Assembly: GCA_964016885.1 (NCBI GenBank)
Contig: OZ024742.1
Coordinates: forward strand, 218,798,001 to 218,862,000
Direction of reading: 5' to 3'
DNA length: 64,000 nt
Source: Eledone cirrhosa
Taxonomy: Eukaryota
In this document: one piece after another, positions 44,277-54,792 of the stretch
Layout of the letters: every line of letters begins with the position of its first letter
Numbering within the stretch: the stretch's first letter is position 1
Made by a program: the position numbers and the translations under genes
Notes under the pieces: generated by a model
Seen by the model: only the letters and a program-made list of their open reading frames with translations
Database searches by the model: none
What the model was told of the DNA's origin: nothing

Positions 44277-44470
44277 GAACTTTTTTTGTTTAATATAAGG
44301 AATTGTTTATTCATTATTTGTTTAATATTTTATCTTGACTCTGTATACCGTTTATCTTTCACCGAAAGTGGTTTTTCATTACATCTCTTCTTTCCATGAT
44401 ATCCGGAATACATTGAGTTCTTCATACGGATTGGACACTACCGTAAACTCTTGGTAGATTTATCTACATA
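44277..44470 (+). repeat. 5' pseudo-LTR (194 bp)
   Basis: GAACTTTTTTTG...TATCTACATA matches 50788-50981. Confidence 0.95.
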
Positions 44471-44622
44471 ATTTTGCTCCTATTTTCACGGAAATATTCG
44501 TATTTTTGTACTGTATGTGTGTATTAATTTTATATTTATGTATAAACATATATATATGTATGATTTTGTAAACCCATATACATTTAGTTGAGCTCTTTCA
44601 ATTGTCCATCATCCATATCACA

Positions 44623-47064
44623 ATGGAAAAACAATATTTAGGAACCTCCTTAAAAAACATACCAATACCTTCTAAGGACGACTTCTTACTCCTTATGATT
44701 CAGAAAACTAATAATTTTATCAGAAGGGTTAGATGGAGAGCCTACCACTTCGATAGAAAATCTAAACAAGCAGATCGGAAATATATGTATGATTTCAATA
44801 CTTACAAGAATCCACCACACAATTTTTTACTTGAAGACTTCGAGAAAGACCTTTTTAATTTAATTAAACACCTCAAATTTAAAAAGTATAAATCCGTCTT
44901 TCAAAAGGACCTTGACTCTACCCTATTGGACCTAAAAAAGTCTAAAAAAATCCATGTCCACTCGGACAAAACTGGTAACTTGTATCATATGGATATTGAA
45001 CATTATAATGAGTTCATATATAAAGAACTCAGAAAAAATTATAAAAAATCTAATAATGTGTCACTCACCAACATCAACAACAAAACACACAACATAGTAA
45101 AAAAACTAAACATTGAAGATAGAACTGAACCTTTGGCATTGAAAAGACCACACTTCAACCTGAAAGATCACAAATCTAACTTTAACTCAAATCCTTCTAT
45201 TAGACTTATATGTCCCTCCAAATCAGATATTGGAATAATTAGCAAAAAAATTTTAGATAGAGTCATCCCACAAATAAGAAAACACGTTATTTTACCACTC
45301 TGGGAAAACACCTCCCAGGTAATTAACTGGTTTAAAAATATTAGGTGTAAATCTTCTGCTTCTTTCCTACAATTTGATATAGATAATTACTATTCTTCTA
45401 TATCACCTATACTCCTGAACAAAGCATTGATATTTGCTAAAAATAGATCTAACTTAACTTTGGATGACATTAACATTATTACACATGCTAGACTAACACT
45501 TATTGAATTTCAGAATGAATACTGGACCAGAAACACATACAGTAATCTTTTTGATATTACTATGGGTTCAAGCGATTCCGCCCAAATTACTGATCTTGTG
45601 GGCCTCTTTCTCCTTTTCAACATAAATGCCTCTTTTCCCCACCTCAAAGGTGGTTTATATCGTGATGACTGTCTTCTTCTTTCTAACAACCTTAGCCTTT
45701 CAGAAATCGAAAAAAACAAAAAACATATTAGAACTTTCCTTAAAGACTATTATAATCTTAATATTACTTTTGAAAAAACAAGTAAAGTAGTAAATTTCCT
45801 AGATATAACTTTAGATCTAGCTACGGGTATCTACCAACCTTACCATAAACCTAACCAAAACTTACATTACATACACTCACAATCTAATCACCCTAAATCT
45901 ATCCTTAAAAACCTTGCATATAATATATCACTTAGAATTTCTAACCTTTCTTCTAACCAAGATGTATTTGATAAAAATGCGACCTTCTATAACGAAGCTC
46001 TAGATAGAAGTGGCCACAAAAATAGATTAGAGTATATACCTTCTACTAAAAATACTGAAAGCATACAACATAATATTACCAACAAACACCAAATGAAAAC
46101 TACACACCTAAATGCCACCCACACTATACCCCAAAATACTAAATCTTCTAATATAAAGTATAGTAACTCTCAAAAAACTACTCATCATACAACTATAATA
46201 AATATTAATAATAAAACTCCTAATAAAAAAGATAAAACACCTAAATCTACAAATATAACTAAAAATAGTTGTGGTGAGATCATTAACATTAATCCTCCTA
46301 GTAAAAATCACGATACAACCTATAAAAATAATAAAAATAATAAACAACATAGAAACCGTAATAGACGGGTTACTTGGTATAATGCTCCTTTTAATTTACA
46401 AGTTAAGGATAATATTGCTAAAAAATTTTTTTATATCCTTGAGAAAAACTTCCCGCCAAACCACAAATACCATCAAATCTTAAATAGGTCTACAGTTAAA
46501 TTCTCATACTCTACAACAAATAACATAAAACAAAATATAAGTGCATATAATGCATATAAATGTAAGAAAACCATAAGTATACCACCAGTACATCAAATTA
46601 ACCATAATATCTCCTCAAATACAGAATTAACGAAAGGATGTAACTGTAGAAACAAAGCAAACTGCCCATTAAAAGGGAATTGTCTCGTTAACAACATAGT
46701 CTATAAATGTAATGTTAAAACTAAAGATTCTATTTGCTCATATATAGGAGCTACCTCTAACAATTTTAAGACAAGGTTTAATACCCACAAGCATAGTTTT
46801 AAAAATGCCGCACTGGCTAATACAACATCTCTAGCAGAAAAAATCAATAGTTATAAAAATAAGAATATAAAATATGATTTGACCTGGAGTGTGCTCAAAA
46901 GAGCCACCCCTTATCAAAATAATAGAAATGAATGTAGATTATGTTCCCAAGAACTATTTGAAATAATGAAGTCTAAGGATATCTTATTAAATAAACGACA
47001 GGAATTAATTATATCGTGTAATCATAAATTAAAAAAAACATTTAAATATTATAAACCTAATTAA
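44623..47064 (+). CDS. Penelope-like reverse transcriptase + GIY-YIG endonuclease (Naiad-type), intact, ~813 aa
   Basis: SLKNIPIP N-terminus; FLQFDIDNYYSSI, ITMGSSDSAQI, GLYRDD, VNFLDITLDL RT motifs; CNCRNKANCPLKGNC Zn linker; IVYKC...YIGAT...FKTRFNTHKHSF nuclease; CRLC...LLNKRQELIISCNH end; first ATG at 44623. Confidence 0.95.
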   Translation: MEKQYLGTSLKNIPIPSKDDFLLLMIQKTNNFIRRVRWRAYHFDRKSKQADRKYMYDFNTYKNPPHNFLLEDFEKDLFNLIKHLKFKKYKSVFQKDLDSTLLDLKKSKKIHVHSDKTGNLYHMDIEHYNEFIYKELRKNYKKSNNVSLTNINNKTHNIVKKLNIEDRTEPLALKRPHFNLKDHKSNFNSNPSIRLICPSKSDIGIISKKILDRVIPQIRKHVILPLWENTSQVINWFKNIRCKSSASFLQFDIDNYYSSISPILLNKALIFAKNRSNLTLDDINIITHARLTLIEFQNEYWTRNTYSNLFDITMGSSDSAQITDLVGLFLLFNINASFPHLKGGLYRDDCLLLSNNLSLSEIEKNKKHIRTFLKDYYNLNITFEKTSKVVNFLDITLDLATGIYQPYHKPNQNLHYIHSQSNHPKSILKNLAYNISLRISNLSSNQDVFDKNATFYNEALDRSGHKNRLEYIPSTKNTESIQHNITNKHQMKTTHLNATHTIPQNTKSSNIKYSNSQKTTHHTTIININNKTPNKKDKTPKSTNITKNSCGEIININPPSKNHDTTYKNNKNNKQHRNRNRRVTWYNAPFNLQVKDNIAKKFFYILEKNFPPNHKYHQILNRSTVKFSYSTTNNIKQNISAYNAYKCKKTISIPPVHQINHNISSNTELTKGCNCRNKANCPLKGNCLVNNIVYKCNVKTKDSICSYIGATSNNFKTRFNTHKHSFKNAALANTTSLAEKINSYKNKNIKYDLTWSVLKRATPYQNNRNECRLCSQELFEIMKSKDILLNKRQELIISCNHKLKKTFKYYKPN

Positions 47065-47581
47065 TAACATTATTTTAGAAATTAATTTAACCTATAAATT
47101 TAATTTTATTACAGATGAGAATATAAAATATTATGTAATCATAAATTGTGAAAAACCTTTAAATATTACTAATATATACTTAGTAATTTAATTTATAGAT
47201 TAATTTTAACTTATTTAAACCTTTTATTATAATTCTTTTACAGATAAAATATAACAAAATAATATCGTGTATCCAATGACAGAGAAATAATTTTTAGTAT
47301 TATAGACCTAATTAATATACATTTTAGAAATATATTTATTATTTGGTTTTAGTTTTAATCAACCTAAAATTTTAATTTTAATTTGCTTAAAATTAGTATC
47401 CTTATACAGACGAATTGCAGAATGTCATGTAATCATAGAATGGGATGTGTTTTGGATATATACCTAGTTAATATATTCTATGCAATTTTTTGAAAAAGAT
47501 ATGTATATGTATATGTGTATGTGTATGTGTGGTTGTGTATGTATATGTGTATGTATGTATATATGTGTATATATATATGTG

Positions 47582-47613
<32 letters not shown>

Positions 47614-48759
47614 TATGTGTGTGTATATATATGTATATGTATGTGTATGTGTATGTTTATGTATATGTATGCGTATTAATTTTGATTTCTATTTGCATAT
47701 AATTATATTATGCTATTGATGAAATACAATATCTGCTTTATGTATTGTATACCTAACTAACATATACTATTGAAATAAATATATAATTTTTAATTTAGTT
47801 AACATATAATTTATATTCTACTACCGATGTAATACTTTATTTTATTTTTATTTGTGTTTTTTTTCCCTATTACTAAATTCATTTCCTAATATTGATACCA
47901 TAACGTTATTAACTTTAATTTAATTATACTGTAATTAATAATCTACTACTGTTTAACTTCAAAATTCTGCTTCAAATATTATAAACCTAACTAATTTACA
48001 CCTTAGAAGTCAATATGTTGACTATTTTTGGTTTAGTTAACATATGATTAATGGTATACTTATTTATTTTGAGATGCATAGATTTTGCCTTAGTTCTTGT
48101 TGGTTATGTTTCCTAACACTGAAAATATATAAGAACATACATTGGATAAAGATACGGAAAATATTTTATGTTTCTTGAAACATATATTTACTTTGATCCC
48201 CTTCTCCAAACCCCCCCTTTCCCCCATACTATTATCATCTGTATTGTAAGCGTCTATGTATGAATATATATGTAGGTAGGTGTCTATATAGGTTTGGGTA
48301 TTTATATCTAAATATAAAAATATATATATGCGCATGCAAATATGAATGTAAGATTGCGTGTGTATATATGAGTGTGTATATGTATGTATATATGTGTATA
48401 TATGCATTATATATGTATGTGTATGTGAATGTGTATACGTATATGTGTATGTATGTGTATATATGTGTATATATGTGTATGTATGTATATATAGGAATAT
48501 ATATATGTATAAATATATGTATATGTATATGCGCGTGTATGTATGTGTGTGTATGTGTGTTGTATATATATGTATGTCTCTCTATTTATATGTTTATCTT
48601 CGTATCTATGTGATATATGTGTGTGTGTGTGCATGTATGCATATGTATGTGTTTATGTGTATTTGTGTGTGTGTGTGTATATATGTGTGTGTACACACAC
48701 ACACATATATATATATATATGTGAATGTGTATATGTGTCTGTGTATATGTATGTGTGTA

Positions 48760-48809
<50 letters not shown>

Positions 48810-48915
48810 GGTGTCTATGTGTGAATATATGTCTATATTCGTACGTGTGTATTTATGTATGTATATGTTTATATGTATGTATGTGTGTGTATGTATGTAT
48901 GTATATATATATATA

Positions 48916-48954
<39 letters not shown>

Positions 48955-49017
48955 CTTCATTATTATAATATAACTTATGTGTATGTGTGTATAAGTGAGG
49001 TTGTGTATGTGTATATA

Positions 49018-49057
<40 letters not shown>

Positions 49058-49176
49058 CTTCATTATTATAATATAACTTATGTGTATGTGTGTATAAGTG
49101 AGGTTGTGTATGTGTATATAATATGTATAAATATAAGTGTAAAAAAATATATATATATGTGCATGTCTGTTTTTTA

Positions 49177-49208
<32 letters not shown>

Positions 49209-49344
49209 CGTGTGTATATATATGTATATGTGGGTGTTTGTATGTGTATTTATGGTGGTATAAGTGTGTGGATATCTATGTGTATATATATATATTTATA
49301 TATATGTATGAGTGTATGTGTGTGTATATACATATATATATATA

Positions 49345-49383
<39 letters not shown>

Positions 49384-49654
49384 ATGTATGTGTATATGTA
49401 TATCTCTATTAATGCGTGTGTGTATGTATATACATATGCCTTTTTATTATTATTTTTATTTGTATGTCTGAGTTTATGTGAGGTTGTAGCGGTTTTTTAT
49501 GTATATACGCATATATGGATGCGTATGTATTTGTATATATGAGTATAAGTAAGTACATATGTATGTATGATTATATATCTAATTCTATGTATGAATATAC
49601 ATGTATATATATATGTGTGTATGTAAGTTGTGTGTGTATGTATCTATATGTCTA

Positions 49655-49699
<45 letters not shown>

Positions 49700-49774
49700 C
49701 GATGTGCGTATATGTACATGTATGTACATGTATGTGTGTGTGTATGCGTATGTATATTTAGATGTATGTGTATG

Positions 49775-49813
<39 letters not shown>

Positions 49814-50635
49814 ATGTATATATATGGGTATATATCTTTATTATTTATTTTTTTTATATATATGTGTATGTGTGTATGTGTTGCGTGCGTGTGTGTGTGT
49901 ATATATATATATCTTTATATATGTGTATGTGTATGTTCGTGTAGGTGTATGTGTGTGTATGACTATATATGTATGTGTGTATGTGTGTATGCGTAAATAT
50001 TTCTATGTGTGTGTACATGTATGTATGTGTATATATCTGTATGTGTATGTATATTATATTATATTTATTATATTTTATTGTTTTATTTTTTTATTTTTCT
50101 TAATTTATAGATACATTTATATTAGGCAGTCTGCTCAGACAATTGAATACTGACCCTTCCCCCCCCTCCCACCTAATTTCTGTGTCTTGATCTAAAAATG
50201 TGTGTACCAGTGTTTTATGTGAGTGAATTAATATCCATGTGCTTATGATTTTATATCCACATATATAAATGTGAGTGGGGGTGTGTGTGTGTTTGTATGT
50301 TCGTGGTTATGTGTATATTTATGCATATACGCGCGTGTATGTGTGATTGTACTGATATGTGTGAGTATGAAAAAATATATTTATATACTTGATTTCATAA
50401 GTATCAATGCGCATCTTATCTGCGCAAAGTAAGCTTACAGAGACATTAACCTTGAAATTTTGTATTTGCATCCATCTTTTTAGTATGCGTATACAAATTA
50501 TACATACATTTTTGTAAAATATGTGTAAGGGTTTTACATGTATATACACACACCAAACTGCATTTAACCCTTTGTGTTTTCATTGGTCAATTTTGAACTG
50601 AAATTTTGAATTGTTGTTATTATCAATAAATATAC

Positions 50636-50790
50636 TTCATTATTTCTGAAGACGGCGTATATATGTGTTTGGTATGTATATTTAATCTTGATAATTTGTA
50701 TAATTTTGTATAATTTTGTACATAGATCTGTTGAATATGCATACCAATTCTAACACATATATATCCTAGAAACGATCGTTAAATAATGAA
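50636..50790 (+). ncRNA. Hammerhead ribozyme of the Penelope-like element, ~115-nt stem II
   Basis: TTCATTATTT-CTGAAGA-...TATATATGTGTT...AACACATATATA...-GAAA-CGATCG-TT-AAATAATGAA; perfect 10-bp stem I, palindromic stem III, predicted cut after 50780; base of stem II is mismatched. Confidence 0.75.
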
Positions 50791-50975
50791 CTTTTTTTGT
50801 TTAATATAAGGAATTGTTTATTCATTATTTGTTTAATATTTTATCTTGACTCTGTATACCGTTTATCTTTCACCGAAAGTGGTTTTTCATTACATCTCTT
50901 CTTTCCATGATATCCGGAATACATTGAGTTCTTCATACGGATTGGACACTACCGTAAACTCTTGGTAGATTTATC

Positions 50976-50981
<6 letters not shown>
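50788..50981 (+). repeat. 3' pseudo-LTR (194 bp)
   Basis: Direct repeat of 44277-44470, runs into (TA)n. Confidence 0.95.
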
Positions 50982-51015
<34 letters not shown>

Positions 51016-51023
<8 letters not shown>

Positions 51024-51421
51024 TAACAGATTAAGGTTTAAGCAAAGAATCGCTGCTTTCACCCTTAACGGGATCTTCTGAAACTAACAAAGTCAATCTG
51101 TAAACACAGAACTGGATATTTCAAAACACGTTGCAACCGGAGGAAGACAGGAAGACGATACTTTGGTTCGTGGAAACGTTCACCAAAGTATCGTCTTCCT
51201 GTCTTCCTCCGGTTGCAACGTTTTTTGAAATATCCACTTCTGCGTTTACAGATTGACTTTGTTAGTTTCAGAAGATCCCGTTAAGGGTGAAAGCAGCGAT
51301 TCTTTGCTTAAACTTTAATCTGTTATTTTAATAAATATTTGCTCAACAGTTCTTATATATTTGATATATATTTATCCTTATCGAGCCCTCTTTGGATTTT
51401 AGTCTTTAAATTTATTATTAT

Positions 51422-51484
<63 letters not shown>

Positions 51485-51549
51485 TAACAGATTAAAGTTT
51501 AAGCAAAGAATCGCTGCTTTCACCCTTAACGGGATTTTCTGAAACTAAT
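51016..51549. mobile_element. Fold-back mini-element with variant HHR
   Basis: ~150-bp arms 51016-51168 / 51182-51331, third partial copy 51478-51549; AGTTT-CAGAAGA-tCCC gttaa GGGt-GAAA-GCA...TGC-TT-AAACT at 51264-51314. Confidence 0.7.
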
Positions 51550-51550
51550 G

Positions 51551-51616
<66 letters not shown>

Positions 51617-51624
51617 ACACATAT

Positions 51625-51680
<56 letters not shown>

Positions 51681-51685
<5 letters not shown>

Positions 51686-52517
51686 GGTTGATCGCGAATA
51701 GATGGCTGTCGTTTATTTATCTACTATTTCTTCATAGGTGCCTTTTAATCTTATAGCCTGGTTTAATTGATTCTTTGTGTGGTTGATTTTGATAATTGGG
51801 AGAGGAAATGGTGTATATATATTATCAAATGATTCTATGGACATACTTTATAGTTTATTGCTCTGATTATTTAATTTATTAATTCATCATTGAGCCACAT
51901 CGTGAATGGTTGCCAAAACATATATATCTGTGACTTTGTCTAGTTTGTGTATATGTAAATCTTTATATTTGATAATCTCCCATAAGGTTGAGATGCAATT
52001 TAGGCAATATTGGGCTGCGTTTTCTAGCAACCAGCCCACTCGCCGTAAGGCACCAATCACATTCTTTCTGACTTGACCACTGCCACGTCATAGTTCTTAG
52101 CCATTTTGAATTCATTTCTGGAGGGGATCATTTATGAAAAATCTTTGTCCAAGTGAGTTTGTTTCCTGATGAGTTCGAAGCTCGAGAATTTATCCTTGAT
52201 AGGATATTTCCGAAAGTGAACGAAACCCTAAAGGGTAGAAACGTAATCCTGGTATGTGTATGTGCATTTTTTCTTCTAACTTTAATTTTATACCTATAGA
52301 CGGTATATTTAATCGATTTCCACGTGCTATTTAAATGTTAGGTAAATATTCTATGGCGGTTGATCGCGAATAGATGGCTGTCGTTTATTTATCTACTATT
52401 TCTTCATAATCTTATAGCCTGGTTTAATTGTTTTTTTTTGTGTGGTTGATTATGCTAATTGGGAGAGGAAATGGTGTATATATATTATCAAATGATCCTA
52501 TGGACATACTTTATAGT
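51681..52517 (+). mobile_element. HHR mini-element, ~672-bp unit with ~170-bp terminal direct repeat
   Basis: 51681-51855 repeated at 52353-52517; (TA)n flanks; diverged relative at ~56495-56790 ends at the same position. Confidence 0.82.
52161..52242 (+). ncRNA. Canonical hammerhead ribozyme
   Basis: GTTTC-CTGATGA-GTTC...GAAC-GAAA-CCCT aa AGGG-TA-GAAAC; all three stems pair, GUA site. Confidence 0.88.
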
Positions 52518-52596
52518 ATATATATATATATGGTTCAATGACAAACAAACAAACGCAGGAGTCAAAGGTACAAATTGTTATTAGCTTCACGCTAGG

Positions 52597-52711
<115 letters not shown>

Positions 52712-52713
52712 GC

Positions 52714-52807
<94 letters not shown>

Positions 52808-53347
52808 CATTACAAATTGCTCACAATTCCTTCAGAATAAAATTACAAACAAACGGATATAACAAATACAACCAACCATCGCCAGGAACCCCACAAAATC
52901 AACACCAAAACACAGAGCGAGAGAAAGAAAAAAAGTGAAAAAAAAGAAAAAAGAAAAAATATGGGGGAAGCAAAAACAAAAATGGAAACGACCAACAATT
53001 GACCACCAAGTGTGACAATCGGTCACACATCATAAGCGCTTTAGGAAATAGTTTCTACAAGTTTGACAGGAGATTGGAGGATCTGTAGTTTTTAAGATCT
53101 GTATTATCACCATTTTTGTATGCTGATAGTATTTTCCGAGTTGCTGGGGATTTCATATTATTCGATGCATTTTGCAAAGGGATCTACTACTTGCCTACAA
53201 ATTGGATCCTCTCTTTCTTCAGGAATTCAATTGTGTATTATATCTTTTTATATCTTTCAATGCATTCCTAGTTTTATCACTTGATATATTTGGTACTATT
53301 TCATCAACTACATTACTTTCTGGAACCAATAAATATGTCTTGTATTA

Positions 53348-53514
53348 ACGTATTTCCCGGCGTCGAAGACGCTACTTTTTTCCTAAAATAAGTCTAAAAA
53401 ATCTACCATGCGTCCTGGAGCCCAAAGTTTGTTTATTATTTTTTTCAAATTTTTGGTTGTCAAAATTAGGGTGCGTCCCCAAGGACGAAGCGTCTTCGGC
53501 GCCGGGAAATACGG
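53348..53514. mobile_element. Tc1/mariner-pogo-type MITE
   Basis: TA|(a)CGTATTTCCCGGCGTCGAAGACGCT ... AGCGTCTTCGGCGCCGGGAAATACGG|TA, ~26-bp TIRs with TA duplication. Confidence 0.85.
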
Positions 53515-54449
53515 TAAATTTTCCTATTTCCTCTGCCATCCTTCATCTAATCGTTTTACAAGTTTCTGCATATTATTCAACCTTCTAAGTATTGATTTCT
53601 TTTTATTTTCATTTCCGTCCTTCTTTTCATCAATTTGAATGTTTTTTTATACTGTCCACCACCTTTAGACACTATGAGTCTACATTTTAGTTTTCCATTT
53701 CATCATTTAACATTTCAAAATCTATTTTGTATTTCTTTATTTATATTTCTGTTTGATATTCATTTGGAGGACTTGTACATTTACTTATGGCCTCCTTTTT
53801 TCTGACTACTTTAGCTTTTCCTATTTCACTACAATACTTTTTACCTTTACCAAATAATTGTTTCTACTTTAGGCACAAAGCCAGTGAATTACTGGTACTT
53901 TATTTTATCCATGGGACTGCCTGTTTCTTTAAAATTTCTAACCACCTTCCCCACTGTGGAAAAGTCAATTGGGGTCCTTGTGGGATGACATGCATTAAAA
54001 ACATCTGCTATCTTTCAATATGACCATCCTTCACATCAAGTGAGAAGTACCAGTTCAATCCTTTCTTCTTTCGACAAACTCATATTTAATCTATGAGGGA
54101 AAACATTCTAGTTAGTTATAAATAGTGATATTTCTTGTGTCTAGACTTTAGGGACACCATGTAGTGTAATGGTGATTCGGCCTGCTAACTACGAGATGCA
54201 ATACTCAGTTAACTTCACGTTAATCTAACAAGCAGGTATTTCAGTTGAACGAAATACTGAATGCTCATCATCGAAACCGACGTATGACCCACCATATATA
54301 TATATATATATATATATATAATGTAGGAGGTGAGTTTTATTGTAGTACAATAAAGCAATGCAGATATCGGATAAGAAGCACTCTACAGTTTGTAGGACTG
54401 GAGTATATATAATATATAAGAACAAAAGATGGTTAAAAGAGTTCCATGT

Positions 54450-54518
54450 ATTTTATTATGCGCATTTCAAAAACAAATATCATCATGCAATAATATTTGT
54501 GTTTTCATCAGATAAAAC
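54450..54518 (-). ncRNA. Hammerhead ribozyme (inverted copy of 54624-54692)
   Basis: Left arm of the fold-back 54413-54555 / 54588-54730. Confidence 0.82.
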
Positions 54519-54623
54519 AGGAAGACATGATATGAAGATTAAAAAACACTTGTGATAGTGGATATGTTGATTTAAAACTGCACTATCCACAAGTGTTTTT
54601 TAATCTTTATATCATGTCTTCCT

Positions 54624-54692
54624 GTTTTATCTGATGAAAACACAAATATTATTGCATGATGATATTTGTTTTTGAAATGCGCATAATAAAAT
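54624..54692 (+). ncRNA. Hammerhead ribozyme
   Basis: GTTTTAT-CTGATGA-AAAcACAAATATT...GATATTTGTTTTT-GAAA-TGCGCA-TA-ATAAAAT; palindromic stem III ATGCGCAT, AUA site. Confidence 0.85.
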
Positions 54693-54722
54693 ACATGGAA
54701 CTCTTTTAACCATCTTTTGTTC

Positions 54723-54792
<70 letters not shown>

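Larger units (their letters stand above)
40070..50981 (+). mobile_element. Penelope-like retroelement insertion (inverted 3' copy + full unit with pseudo-LTRs) in (TA)n
   Basis: RT-GIY-YIG ORF, 194-bp direct repeats, 4.2-kb inverted repeat, HHR, (TA)n on both flanks. Confidence 0.93.

Noticed and set aside
44623-47300. Selenocysteine recoding/SECIS as in some Naiad elements
   Set aside because: ORF has no internal TGA and ends in TAA
44277-50981. LTR retrotransposon or TIR DNA transposon interpretation
   Set aside because: No gag/integrase/transposase, no TG..CA ends; RT and nuclease motifs are Penelope-like
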